From IMG/VR virus record IMGVR_UViG_3300043673_000084, positions 2,219 through 66,218 of that record: 64,000 nt of DNA; one strand, 5' to 3'. Made by a program: the position numbers and the translations under genes. The DNA comes from a virus (Duplodnaviria > Caudoviricetes). The notes beneath the pieces are model-generated. The model was not told the DNA's origin, made no database searches, and was given only the letters and a program-made list of their open reading frames with translations. Below, piece by piece: positions 27,480 to 37,470 of this stretch (the stretch's first letter is position 1; the number at the start of each line of letters is the position of its first letter).

Positions 27480-28073
27480 ATGGGAAATACGTCGGCGACT
27501 GGCGGGGTTCTCTCGTCGGTTCCTCCGTTCCCATTGGATGATGATGCGCTGGACGATGTATTCGCGCTGTTGATCACCACGATCACAGGTCTGGATGGGA
27601 GCCTTGTGCGGCCGCGATGGCAACCACAAGTTCCAACGCGTCCAGAGCCTTCGGTGAATTGGTGCGCCATCGGAGTCATTCATTCGACTCCAGATGATGG
27701 TCCATACATCACCTACGACCCGGCCACGGATTCAGGGCCTTACTCAAGAAGTGAAACCCTTGACGTGCTCGCCTCGTTCTACGGGCCGCTATCCAAGACC
27801 TATGCCGCAATGCTGCGCGATGGAGTAGCCGTTCCGCAGAACACGGAATCTCTTCTGCAGTACTCGATCCGGTATGTGGCATGCGGAGCGATCCGCAACC
27901 TGCCGGAATTCGTGAACCAGCAATGGAATCGGCGGCAGGACATCGGCATCACGTTCCGCCGAAAGATCGATCGTACCTACGCAATCAAAAACATCGTGTC
28001 AGCAGACGTTCATCTGTTCGACGACACGGTAGTGGACCGCACATTCATCGTGCCCCCTGGGGCGGAGCAGTAA
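27480..28073 (+). CDS. Tail terminator/neck protein
   Basis: ITGLDGSLVRPRWQP, PEFVNQQW.RR.D; precedes sheath. Confidence 0.75.
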   Translation: MGNTSATGGVLSSVPPFPLDDDALDDVFALLITTITGLDGSLVRPRWQPQVPTRPEPSVNWCAIGVIHSTPDDGPYITYDPATDSGPYSRSETLDVLASFYGPLSKTYAAMLRDGVAVPQNTESLLQYSIRYVACGAIRNLPEFVNQQWNRRQDIGITFRRKIDRTYAIKNIVSADVHLFDDTVVDRTFIVPPGAEQ

Positions 28074-28077
28074 ATTT

Positions 28078-29565
28078 ATGAGCAATCTTGGCCTTTCAGT
28101 TGCCGATGTCGTCACGGTGCAGGTGTCTCTCACGCCGAACGCCGCGGCGCTCAGAAGCTTCGGCAGCCTCCTGATTCTCGGCGACTCAGACGTCATCGAT
28201 GTCAATCAGAGATTTCGATCCTACGTCTCCCTTGATGATGTGGGCGGGGATTTCGGTGGCTCGTCTCCGGAGTTTCAGGCGGCTCAAGATTTCTTTGGCC
28301 AGACCCCGCAGCCGCAGCAACTATTCATTGGGCGCTGGGCTCGCACGGCGACGCACGGCACGCTGGCCGGCGCCATCTTGGGTGCGTCCCAGCAAGCCAT
28401 TGCGAACTTCACCACGGTTGTTTCCGGAGGCATGACTGTCACGGTCGACGGAACGCCTCACGCCCTGACTGGCATCAACCTGTCGGCAGTCACGAACCTG
28501 AATGGCGTTGCAGCAGCGGTGCAGGCGGCATTCGCTGGCGTTGCGACGGTTCAATGGGATGCGAACAACGACCTGTTCTTCGTCAAGAGCGCATCTACAG
28601 GCCCCAGTTCCACGGTCAGCTTTGCGACGGCGCCTGGCAGCGGCACGGACATTTCTGGCTTGCTTGGCCTTACAGCAACTGCAGGCGGCTATACGGTCGC
28701 TGGAATCAATGCAGAGACCGCGCTTGCCGCGGCAACTGATCTCGCGAGCATCACCAATGCGTGGTACGGACTGATGTATGGCTCTTCTGTGGCGCCATCG
28801 GATTCCGATTACCTGGCCGTTGGCGGGTTCATCCAGGCCCTCACTCCGTCGCACATCTTCGGCGTGACGACTCAGGAGGCTGGTGTATTGAGCGCTTCGA
28901 GCACCACGGATATAGCCTTCTTGTTGAAGGCGGCCAAGCTCAACCGAACCTTCGTTCAGTACTCGAGCAGCGATCCTTATGCGTGCGCGGCAATGTTCGG
29001 CATTGCATTCACGGTGGATTTCGAGGGAAGCAATACCACCATTACCCTGAAGTTCAAGCAGGAAGGCGAAGTCACCGCAGAAACCATCACGGAGACTCAA
29101 GCGGCGGCGCTCAAGGCGAAGAACTGCAACGTCTTCGTCAATTACAACAATGCCACCGCGATCCTCCAGGAAGGCGTGATGTCGGATGGCACGTTCTTTG
29201 ACGTGATCCACGGCGCCGATTTTCTCCAGAACGACGTTCAAACGGCGCTTTTCAATCTTTTCCTGACTACCGGAAAGGTTCCGCAGACGGACGGCGGTGT
29301 GAACAAGGAAGTAACTGTCGTCAGCGGGGCCCTCGACCAGTCTGTGACCAATGGATTTGTGGCCCCCGGCGTATGGAACGGTGGAACAGTTGGTGCGCTT
29401 CAGTCCGGACAGACATTGGCGAAGGGCTATTACGTCTTCGCTCCAGCAATTGCAACTCAGAGTCAGGCGGATCGCGCCGCGCGCAAGTCTCCCACTTTAC
29501 AGGCTGCAATCAAGCTCGCCGGCGCATTCCATTCCGCCGACGTCCTCATGAATTTCAACAGTTAA
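28078..29565 (+). CDS. Tail sheath protein (DUF3383)
   Basis: FFGQTPQPQQLFIGRWA, TITLKFKQE, KVPQTD.G, RAARKSP..QAAIKLAGAFH. Confidence 0.92.
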   Translation: MSNLGLSVADVVTVQVSLTPNAAALRSFGSLLILGDSDVIDVNQRFRSYVSLDDVGGDFGGSSPEFQAAQDFFGQTPQPQQLFIGRWARTATHGTLAGAILGASQQAIANFTTVVSGGMTVTVDGTPHALTGINLSAVTNLNGVAAAVQAAFAGVATVQWDANNDLFFVKSASTGPSSTVSFATAPGSGTDISGLLGLTATAGGYTVAGINAETALAAATDLASITNAWYGLMYGSSVAPSDSDYLAVGGFIQALTPSHIFGVTTQEAGVLSASSTTDIAFLLKAAKLNRTFVQYSSSDPYACAAMFGIAFTVDFEGSNTTITLKFKQEGEVTAETITETQAAALKAKNCNVFVNYNNATAILQEGVMSDGTFFDVIHGADFLQNDVQTALFNLFLTTGKVPQTDGGVNKEVTVVSGALDQSVTNGFVAPGVWNGGTVGALQSGQTLAKGYYVFAPAIATQSQADRAARKSPTLQAAIKLAGAFHSADVLMNFNS

Positions 29566-29584
29566 TCCGCCAGGAGAATCTGAC

Positions 29585-30028
29585 TTGAGCAACACATATT
29601 CCTTTGTGGATGTGGCGGCCTCCCTTGCGGGTCCTACCGGCAACGTAGATCTTGGCTACGGGGCAGCGGTCGCAAAAGAAGGCATCACAATTGCGCGCAA
29701 TTCCGACCGCAATAAGCTGACCATCGGCGCAGATGGCTCCGGCATGAACAGCCTAAACGCTGACAGGTCGGGACTCATCACGGTAAGACTTCTGAAGATC
29801 GCTCCCGCAAATGCAGTTCTTATGCAAATGCTGGATGCCCAGCAACTCAGCAGTTCTTTGTGGGGACAGAACACGATTGTCATTCGCCAATTGGTGAGTG
29901 GCGACATCTCCACGAGCAGCCAATGCTCATTCAAGAAAGTCCCGGAAATCGTGTATGCCGAAGAAGGCGGACTCCTGGTATGGGAGTTTGATTCCATCAA
30001 CATCGGCAGCGTCCTGGGGACCTTTTAA
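29585..30028 (+). CDS. Tail tube protein (DUF3277)
   Basis: TYSFVDV.ASL.GP, TIGADGSGM.SL.A..SG.ITVRLLK. Confidence 0.88.
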   Translation: MSNTYSFVDVAASLAGPTGNVDLGYGAAVAKEGITIARNSDRNKLTIGADGSGMNSLNADRSGLITVRLLKIAPANAVLMQMLDAQQLSSSLWGQNTIVIRQLVSGDISTSSQCSFKKVPEIVYAEEGGLLVWEFDSINIGSVLGTF

Positions 30029-30031
30029 TTC

Positions 30032-30505
30032 ATGACTGAATTTGAAATCGACGGAAAATCATTTCGCATAAGCAAGCTTTCGGCGATTCAGCAATTCCAT
30101 CTTCAGCGCAAGATTGCGCCATTGATACCGCCACTGATTCCAGTGTTTCTGAGAGTCAGCCGATCGCTGGCCGCGGCTGCGGATAAGGAAAAACGCAAGA
30201 ACGTCGTCATTGAAGACATGGGGTCCATAGCTGAATTGGCGCAGCCATTCGCTGACGGACTTGCTGGGATGAAAGATGCGGATGCCGAGTACGTATTCAG
30301 CACAGCCCTTTCCGCTGTTCAATTCAAGAGCACGGAAAAGGATTGGGCTCCTGTCTGGAGCGTTAGCGCCAAGGCTCCGATGTTCCAAGACTTCATGGAC
30401 ATGGCGATGATGATCAGGCTGATCGTGCGCGTCATCATGGACAGCCTGGGCCCTTTTATTCGCGGCTTCCTTACCGACCAGTTGAACGAGCCGGAGACGG
30501 CATAG
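30032..30505 (+). CDS. Tail assembly chaperone (gpG-like)
   Basis: EFEIDGKSFRISKLSA.QQFH..RKIAP; between tube and TMP. Confidence 0.82.
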   Translation: MTEFEIDGKSFRISKLSAIQQFHLQRKIAPLIPPLIPVFLRVSRSLAAAADKEKRKNVVIEDMGSIAELAQPFADGLAGMKDADAEYVFSTALSAVQFKSTEKDWAPVWSVSAKAPMFQDFMDMAMMIRLIVRVIMDSLGPFIRGFLTDQLNEPETA

Positions 30506-30699
30506 CTTGGTACGAGTTGCCGGGTGGCGAGAACTGGCTGCTGGCGCCAGTTCGAGCAAAGATGTGCCTATACGAATCCTTGAAGGACGGAACACTCGAC
30601 CTGGCTGACATCGCCTTGATGAACGACGACCTGGCTTGTCATGCGGACAATGTGGCCAAGGCCGCAAAAATAGAGGCGGATCGCACCAGTGGAAAGTAG
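30451..30699 (+). CDS. gpT-like extension reached by -1 frameshift at C-CCT-TTT
   Basis: X-XXY-YYZ heptamer at 30451-30457 in the correct phase; -1 frame open to 30699 (LPGGENWLLAPV...YESLKDGTLDLADIALMND). Confidence 0.75.
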   Translation, partial: PFYSRLPYRPVERAGDGIAWYELPGGENWLLAPVRAKMCLYESLKDGTLDLADIALMNDDLACHADNVAKAAKIEADRTSGK

Positions 30700-32449
30700 T
30701 GTCATAAAGGAATTCTTGGTAGCTCTCGGATTCAAGTCAGACGAAGCTGCGCTCAAGAAATTCGAAAATGGCATCACCCAGGCAACCAAAGTTGTCTTTG
30801 GATTGGCGGCCGCGATTGAGAGTACCGCGGTCGGCGTTGCTATCGGTGTGTCTCGCTTCGCATCGAATCTCGAAACACTGTACTTCGCGACGCTGAAGAC
30901 CGGATCTTCCGCTACGAACTTGCGTGTATTCGATCGGGCCGCTCGAGACTTCGGCGTAAGCGCCGGCGAGGCGCAGGAATCGGTTCAAGGGCTGGCCAGG
31001 TTCTTGAGAATGAATCCGGGCGGTGAAGGCGCGCTTGCATCATGGTTCGGAGTCAAGGTCATAGACGCGAGCGGCAAAAAGCGCGATATGGTCGACGTCC
31101 TCCTGGACATCGGCCGGGCTATGCAGGCCATGCCGCAATGGCAGGCTCAGCAGCGCGGCAACCTCATTGGATTGTCGGAAGACACGATCAGAGCGCTACA
31201 AAACGGTGACTTTGAGAAGAACTTCCGTTCTATTTATGACGAGCTCAAGAAAGCGGGATTCGGCAAGGCCGCAGACGATGCCCATGCGTTTATGGTCAAC
31301 CTGCGCAAGCTGGGGGACCAGGTAGTAGTCTTTGGCACCCAGATCTACGAGGCGCTGCAAAGCAAGTTCAAGGTCAGCCTCGAAACGCTGACCGAGTACA
31401 TGAAGACGAACGGGCCGGGGCTTGCCAAGCAAGTGGCGGATATCCTTGGCGAATTCATCGACTGGTTCAACAAGCTGTTGAAGTGGCTCGAGCAGCACGG
31501 CCCGCAGATCGCGAAGTTCATTTCTGAAGTATTGACCGAGATCCGCATCAGGTCCGAGCAACTGAAGCCAGTCTTGGAATGGGTATTCCAGAAGTTCAAA
31601 GACCTGGACGACGCGACTGGCGGCTGGAGCACGAAGCTACTGGGCCTCGCGTTTGCCCTGAAGGTTCTGGGGGCTGGACAGATCGTAGGGGGCGTCCTGA
31701 GCCTTGCGGCGGCCTTCGTGAAGCTTGCGGCAGGCCTTACGGGCCTCAGTACGGCCAGCGTGGCGGGCGGTGCCTCTGGGATAGTGGCAAAGCTGCTGGC
31801 GCGCTTGGTGCTTCCTGTGGCGGCTGGCGTTGGCCTTGGGTGGGGTTTTGACAAGCTATTCCCAAATAACTGGCTGGCGCAGTTCGGCGAGAACATGGGG
31901 GGCAAGATCTACGATGCCACTCATCACAGGGAGAATGCGCTGCTGGCTTTGACCAACATGGGTTGGAAGCGAGAGCAGGCCGAGGGAATCATCAATTCGT
32001 TGAATGCGGAAAGCGCATTGAATCCACACGCCGAGGGCGACGGTGGACATGCCTTTGGAATCGCGCAGTGGCACGAAGACCGGCAGGCGCAATTCGAAAA
32101 GATGTTCGGACATTCCATGCGCGCAGGGACCGGCGATACCGAGATGGACTTGCTAGAGCAGTTGCGATTCCTGAGCAGCGGCGACAATGGAACTGAGCGC
32201 GGAGCGATCAATCTCGCCCGGGCGGCCGACTCCGAGGCGCAGACGCGCGAGGTTATGGTTCGCCAGTACTTGCGACCGGCGGATCCAGACGGCGAGATCA
32301 TCCGGGCAAGTCCGACGATCAGCCAGGAAACCAACATCCATATTGACGGCCGCGGTGAGGATGCGGCGGCAATCGCGCGCGCAGTGGCCTTCGAACAGTC
32401 CCGCGTAAACGCGGCAATTGTTCGAGAGTTCTCGAACCCGGTGCAGTAA
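30689..32449 (+). CDS. Tape measure protein with C-terminal phage tail lysozyme domain
   Basis: IKEFLVALGF N-terminus; GII..LNAESALNP...GDGG.AFGIAQWH.DRQA. Confidence 0.88.
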   Translation: MESSVIKEFLVALGFKSDEAALKKFENGITQATKVVFGLAAAIESTAVGVAIGVSRFASNLETLYFATLKTGSSATNLRVFDRAARDFGVSAGEAQESVQGLARFLRMNPGGEGALASWFGVKVIDASGKKRDMVDVLLDIGRAMQAMPQWQAQQRGNLIGLSEDTIRALQNGDFEKNFRSIYDELKKAGFGKAADDAHAFMVNLRKLGDQVVVFGTQIYEALQSKFKVSLETLTEYMKTNGPGLAKQVADILGEFIDWFNKLLKWLEQHGPQIAKFISEVLTEIRIRSEQLKPVLEWVFQKFKDLDDATGGWSTKLLGLAFALKVLGAGQIVGGVLSLAAAFVKLAAGLTGLSTASVAGGASGIVAKLLARLVLPVAAGVGLGWGFDKLFPNNWLAQFGENMGGKIYDATHHRENALLALTNMGWKREQAEGIINSLNAESALNPHAEGDGGHAFGIAQWHEDRQAQFEKMFGHSMRAGTGDTEMDLLEQLRFLSSGDNGTERGAINLARAADSEAQTREVMVRQYLRPADPDGEIIRASPTISQETNIHIDGRGEDAAAIARAVAFEQSRVNAAIVREFSNPVQ

Positions 32450-33127
32450 ATGGCGTCACTAATATCGGTTGCCGCAAGCGCTCTCGGAAGCGTTGCGGAC
32501 CAGATCGTCAATGCGTTTCTCGGTGGCATACCGCAGGGAAGTATTGGTGGCGTCACGGTACCTGTTACGGTTGAGGAAATCGCGGAAGATGACCTCGAGA
32601 TAACGGACCACCCCGTAGAGGCCGGCGCTCCGATCACGGATCACAGCTTCAAGCGTGCTTCATCAATCGTCATGCATTGCGGGTGGACGAACTCAAGTAT
32701 TGCCGCGGTAATCGGCGCGATAACAGCGTCCCTGACAGGCACCACGAATTTGGTCGACGGCAGCTTTGCGGCGGTCAATGACTACGTTAGCAGCATCTAC
32801 TTCCAGCTTTTGGCGCTGCAGGAATCTCGTACTCCACTATTGGTTACGACGACTATTCGGCAATACCCGAATATGCTTATCAAGGGTCTTAAACTGACTC
32901 GAGATGCGAAGACGTCACAAGCGCTGATGGTCTCAGTCACGCTGCGGACCATCATCATCGTCAGCACGCAGTCCTCGACACTTCCGCCAATGGCGAATCA
33001 GGGGATCCCAGCGAGTACGGCTGATATCGCCAATGTAGGCCCGCAGGCTTTGGTTGAAACCTCGAACGTGACCATCTCGAGACTTCCGCCAAGTCCGAGC
33101 GATGCAACCGGGTTCAACACATTTTAA
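32450..33127 (+). CDS. Baseplate/tube initiator (Dit-like)
   Basis: EITDHPVEAGAPITDHSFKR, T..RQYPNMLI. Confidence 0.8.
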   Translation: MASLISVAASALGSVADQIVNAFLGGIPQGSIGGVTVPVTVEEIAEDDLEITDHPVEAGAPITDHSFKRASSIVMHCGWTNSSIAAVIGAITASLTGTTNLVDGSFAAVNDYVSSIYFQLLALQESRTPLLVTTTIRQYPNMLIKGLKLTRDAKTSQALMVSVTLRTIIIVSTQSSTLPPMANQGIPASTADIANVGPQALVETSNVTISRLPPSPSDATGFNTF

Positions 33128-33445
33128 ATGAGCACCATCTTTGGGATACCTCTGCAGGTCGGAACGCCGCAGACATTCCCGATCACGCTGGGCGGTGTTC
33201 AGTATGAACTGACTCTGATCTATCGGAACGTGAGCCAAGGCGGCTGGGTTCTCGATATTGCCGATCAGAACAGCAACCCGATCCTGCAGGGCATACCGCT
33301 TGTGACCGGCGTCAATTTGCTTGAGCAATACGACTACTTGGAATTCGGCGGGCAGCTGTGGGTTCAGACAAGTTCCGACCCTGACGCCGTGCCGACGTTT
33401 CAGAATCTTGGCGAAGACGGTCAGATCTACTGGGTAACGCCTTGA
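33128..33445 (+). CDS. Baseplate plug protein
   Basis: WVLDIAD.....LQGIPLVTGVNLLEQY. Confidence 0.8.
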   Translation: MSTIFGIPLQVGTPQTFPITLGGVQYELTLIYRNVSQGGWVLDIADQNSNPILQGIPLVTGVNLLEQYDYLEFGGQLWVQTSSDPDAVPTFQNLGEDGQIYWVTP

Positions 33446-34413
33446 GTGGCCAGCAATACCTACGCCAGCTCAGTGTCGTAATCGCAGGCGCCAGCGGCAA
33501 CGGGTTAGATTTTTCTCAGTTTCGCGTCACCTTCGCGATCAGGCGCGGCGACTACCAGACCCCAAATTCTGTGGATCTGCGCATTTTCAATCTGTCGGAC
33601 CAGACGGCCAATAGAATTCAAAATGAGTTCTCCCAGGTCTCACTGGTTGGCGGATATTCTGGGAACGCTGGCCAGCTTTTCAAAGGAACAATTAAGCAGG
33701 TTCGTAAAGGTAGGGTCGATCAGCGCGACTCCTACGTCGATGTGACCGCGGCGGATGGCGACGAGGCGTACAACTTCGCTCCGATCAGCAAGACCCTTGC
33801 AGCAGGAACGACGCCAGGCGGAATCTACCAGGCGCTTGTAGATGCGATGCAGGCCAAAGGCCTGACGCAAGGGTATACGCCAAATCTTCCTCAAAACGGT
33901 TTGGTTCGCGGCAAAGTGATGTTCGGAAAAGCGCGCGACGAGTTGAGAACCTTTGCGAATACCAGCGATTGCGCGTGGAGTTGCCAAAACGGCGCGCTCA
34001 CCCTTATCCCGTTGACCTCGTACATTCCTGGGAATGTGATCACGATTACCCCGAGCACAGGAATGATCGGGGTTCCTGAACAGACGCAGCAAGGGATACA
34101 TGTTCGGACTCTGTTGAATCCGAATATCAAGATCGGCCAGACCATCAAACTCGATCAGACCGATATCAACAAACTTCGTTTCAGCCTGGACTCCACGTCT
34201 GTCACAAACAACTTGCTGCTGCAGCAGGCCATCAAGACAAACGGAGATGGTCTCTATTACGTGATGGTTGCAAACCACACTGGAGATACACGCGGGCGTG
34301 ATTGGTACACAGACATGACATGTCTTGCAGTTGACGCAACCGTTAAATCGGCCGAAGCACTGAACGCACTGACGGTCATCGACGCGCAAAGCATTCCAAG
34401 GTACAGCAACTAA
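33442..34413 (+). CDS. Baseplate hub protein
   Basis: IFNLSDQT, AADGDEAY, RGKVMFG, TGMIGVPEQT, GDTRG.DWY. Confidence 0.85.
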   Translation: MSGQQYLRQLSVVIAGASGNGLDFSQFRVTFAIRRGDYQTPNSVDLRIFNLSDQTANRIQNEFSQVSLVGGYSGNAGQLFKGTIKQVRKGRVDQRDSYVDVTAADGDEAYNFAPISKTLAAGTTPGGIYQALVDAMQAKGLTQGYTPNLPQNGLVRGKVMFGKARDELRTFANTSDCAWSCQNGALTLIPLTSYIPGNVITITPSTGMIGVPEQTQQGIHVRTLLNPNIKIGQTIKLDQTDINKLRFSLDSTSVTNNLLLQQAIKTNGDGLYYVMVANHTGDTRGRDWYTDMTCLAVDATVKSAEALNALTVIDAQSIPRYSN

Positions 34414-34414
34414 A

Positions 34415-35218
34415 ATGGATCGTCGCGAACGATATTTTAACCCTGCGGAAGTGTTTCTCTTGGCGCAGGACGATCTGCAGTCGCGAATCTGGACAGGGTT
34501 GCCTTGCGTTGTGACAGCTTTCCCGGCGGCTTCTGGCATCAGTAAGATGATGCTCGATTGCCAGCCGCAGATTGCCGCAAGAGTTTTGAACTCTGCCACT
34601 GGCAAATTCGAAACTATTCAGCTTCCTCCACTCGTTGATGTTCCGATCCAATGGCCCGGCGGCGGTGGGGTGACGCTCACTTTCCCAATAAAACCGGGCG
34701 ATGAGTGCTGGGTTGTATTCGGATCAAGGTGCATCGATTCCTGGTGGCAGCAAGGGCCAGGAACAGCAGAGGCGACTGGCGACATAGTTCCTCCGCCGGA
34801 TCAGCGCATGCATAGCCTATCGGACGGCGTCGCTTACGTTGGGATCAGGTCAAAGCCGCGAGAATTCGACGTCGACGCTACCACTGCGCAGCTTCGTTCG
34901 GATGACAACGCGGCGATCATCTCGCTTGATCCAGACGCCCACGACATTGAAGTATCGACGACGGATGGGGATGTTGACGTCCTGGCCGGCGATGGAAATG
35001 TCAACATCACCACGTCGCAGGGAGAGGTCAATGCCAACGGCGTGACCATCGACAAAGACGGAAACATGAATGTTCCGGGAAACATCGTGTGCTCCAAGAC
35101 GGTCACTGGCCAAACTCAAGTTGTGGCGGGCGTCGGCGGAACTGCCGTGCATTTGACGACGCACAACCATCCAACCGCTGCGACTGGATCACCGTCTCCA
35201 CCCACTCCGGGAACCTGA
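34415..35218 (+). CDS. Baseplate central spike (Gp138-like)
   Basis: LVDVPI..PGGGG..LTFPIKPGDEC.VVF..RCID.WWQ, RMHSLSDG, C-terminal HxH. Confidence 0.88.
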   Translation: MDRRERYFNPAEVFLLAQDDLQSRIWTGLPCVVTAFPAASGISKMMLDCQPQIAARVLNSATGKFETIQLPPLVDVPIQWPGGGGVTLTFPIKPGDECWVVFGSRCIDSWWQQGPGTAEATGDIVPPPDQRMHSLSDGVAYVGIRSKPREFDVDATTAQLRSDDNAAIISLDPDAHDIEVSTTDGDVDVLAGDGNVNITTSQGEVNANGVTIDKDGNMNVPGNIVCSKTVTGQTQVVAGVGGTAVHLTTHNHPTAATGSPSPPTPGT

Positions 35219-35595
35219 TGCGATACCGCCAACTCGACGCCAATGGCGATTACACGGTTGGAAAGCCGTTCCTGGTGAATTCTCCGGAGACGGTGCAGCA
35301 AGCGGTTCTCACTCGGCTGAAACTTTGGCAATCGGAGTGGTTTGTTGATACCTCAGACGGAACGCCATGGATCGGAACATCGACTAGCCCAGGAATACTC
35401 GGGAAACAGTTCGGACGAGATCCAAACGTACATATAAAGCAACGAATTCTCGCAACCCCAGGGGTCACTGGGATAACCGCGTACAGCAGCTCCTACAACG
35501 GAGTGACGCGCAAGCTAACGATCACCGTCACCATTGCGACCCAATTCATTGGTTCGAATGGCTCAAACCAAGTGACGTTCACCACGAATCTCTAG
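35218..35595 (+). CDS. Baseplate wedge/sheath initiator
   Basis: MRYRQLDANGDY, TRLKLWQSEWF.DT.DGTPW. Confidence 0.82.
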   Translation: MRYRQLDANGDYTVGKPFLVNSPETVQQAVLTRLKLWQSEWFVDTSDGTPWIGTSTSPGILGKQFGRDPNVHIKQRILATPGVTGITAYSSSYNGVTRKLTITVTIATQFIGSNGSNQVTFTTNL

Positions 35596-35603
35596 GGTAG
35601 AAA

Positions 35604-36788
35604 ATGCCATCGAATTCTTCAGGACTGGCGCCGGCGATCACGGCGACAGGGATCACGGCTGGGAATTTTGCGCAGTGGCAGGCTTACTTCATCGCACAGT
35701 ATGAGGCCATATTCGGCGCGGATTCATTTCTCGGCAATGACTCACAAGATGGCCAATTCATTGGTGTTATTTCCCAGGCCTTGGCAGATGTTTGCGCGAG
35801 CGCGATTGCGGTCTATAACTCATTCAGCCCGGCAACCGCTCAAGGCGCTGGGCTTGCCTCAAATGTCAAGATCAATGGACTGAAGAAACTCATAGCGACC
35901 TTCTCTACTGTCCCATTGACGATTGTCGGACAGGCCAACTCGACCATAACGAATGGTCAAGCGATCGATCAAAACAAGGTGATTTGGAACCTGCCGCCTT
36001 CAGTGACGATTCCAGGTTCTGGAACAATCAATGTCATCGCAACCTGTGCGACCCAGGGCGCAGTCACGGCCGCGCCCGGAACCATCAACAAAATCCAGAC
36101 GCCAACCTCGGGTTGGCAGTCAGTTACCAATGCGTCAGCAGCCACAGTTGGAGTCCCAATAGAGACGGATGCTGCGCTTCGGGTTCGCCAGGCCGCTTCT
36201 GTCTCTCTGCCGTCAGTGACGATATTCGAAGGAATCGTGGCCAGCCTCGAGCAAGTGGCTGGGGTCACGCGCGTCAAGGGTTACGAGAACAACACCGGTT
36301 CCGCGGACGGCAATGGCATCCCGCGAAACACGCTCTACTTCATTGTTGAAGGGGGCGCGCAAGCGGACATCTTCAATGCGATCTTCGAGAAGATCACCCC
36401 AGGCATTTCGACCATGGGAAGCATCTCGACGACGATCACTGACTCCAACGGTTCCACGCGGCTCCTGAAATATGACTTGCCGGTTGATGCAACCATGAGT
36501 GTTGCGATCACGGTTAAGGCGCTTGCAGGTTGGCAAGTCAGTACAGAGCAGCTGATTGCGGCCGCGCTGGTCAATTATTTCCAATCGCTTCCCGGCGGAT
36601 CGAATATCAGTTTCTTAGGTCTCCCAGCGATTGCGTTACTCCCCGGAACGCCATTTTTCGGAACCTTCGCCATTACGGCGATGACGATCAAGAAGAATTC
36701 CGGTTCCGCGGTGAGCTCTGACATTCAACTCGCGTTCAATGAGATGGCGGTTTCCTCGGTCGGCAATGTGGCCTTCACGGTGACGTAA
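35604..36788 (+). CDS. Baseplate J-like protein
   Basis: DSQDGQ, YNSFSPATAQG..L, ETDAALR.RQ, YENNTG..D.NGIP. Confidence 0.88.
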   Translation: MPSNSSGLAPAITATGITAGNFAQWQAYFIAQYEAIFGADSFLGNDSQDGQFIGVISQALADVCASAIAVYNSFSPATAQGAGLASNVKINGLKKLIATFSTVPLTIVGQANSTITNGQAIDQNKVIWNLPPSVTIPGSGTINVIATCATQGAVTAAPGTINKIQTPTSGWQSVTNASAATVGVPIETDAALRVRQAASVSLPSVTIFEGIVASLEQVAGVTRVKGYENNTGSADGNGIPRNTLYFIVEGGAQADIFNAIFEKITPGISTMGSISTTITDSNGSTRLLKYDLPVDATMSVAITVKALAGWQVSTEQLIAAALVNYFQSLPGGSNISFLGLPAIALLPGTPFFGTFAITAMTIKKNSGSAVSSDIQLAFNEMAVSSVGNVAFTVT

Positions 36789-37459
36789 TGGGTTGGACAG
36801 GCGATTCAACCGTAGTCACTGCGGATTCGACTCTATTCACGGCGGACGGCGGCGGAGGGCTTACTTCAAGCGCTACCCCGTATCTGAACCTGATTACGAG
36901 CGAGCACAACCAAAAGCCGAACTTCATGGCCATGGTCGGTGTAGTCACCGGCGCCATCGCGGACGTGAACAATGGAATTCAGGCGATTCAGCCGGCGTTC
37001 GATCTGGACCAGGCAATTGGCGCGCAGCTAGACATTCTGGGTCTTTGGATCGGGCAGTCCCGCGTCATATCGGACATCCTGATTCTTGGATTCTTCGGCT
37101 TTGCGGATGACGTCGCAGCGCTTCCATTCGGTGAATTTTCGAATCCATCGATAGGCGGAGTTTTCTATGAGTTCGGCTCATCGTTTGCCGGTAGCACGGT
37201 TCTTTCCGATGCGGACTACCTGACGATCTTAAGGGCCCGCATTGTTCGTAACCAGTCGGATGGCACTCTTGAGGCCATTGAGAACGCGCTGCAGTTCATC
37301 TTCGGAGTCAATTGTTCAGTTGCGGACAACGGAACAATGAATCTCGCAATAACTGTCTCGAGCCCGATCACGCCTACAGATCAAGCGCTCTTGAGCAACC
37401 TGGACATTCTGCCGCGGCCCGCTGGCGTCGAAATCGGCAGCATCACATACACGCCTTGA
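36788..37459 (+). CDS. Baseplate protein (DUF2612)
   Basis: YLNLITSEH.QKPNF, FDLDQAIGAQLDILG.WIG.SR, LPRPAGV. Confidence 0.88.
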   Translation: MGWTGDSTVVTADSTLFTADGGGGLTSSATPYLNLITSEHNQKPNFMAMVGVVTGAIADVNNGIQAIQPAFDLDQAIGAQLDILGLWIGQSRVISDILILGFFGFADDVAALPFGEFSNPSIGGVFYEFGSSFAGSTVLSDADYLTILRARIVRNQSDGTLEAIENALQFIFGVNCSVADNGTMNLAITVSSPITPTDQALLSNLDILPRPAGVEIGSITYTP

Positions 37460-37470
37460 TCGGAGACTAG

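Noticed and set aside
28321-34605. Long antisense ORFs (e.g. 28321-29241, 31924-32637, 33640-34605; also 15473-16342, 24622-25431, 59739-60482)
   Set aside because: Shadow frames of well-supported genes in GC-rich DNA; no motifs.
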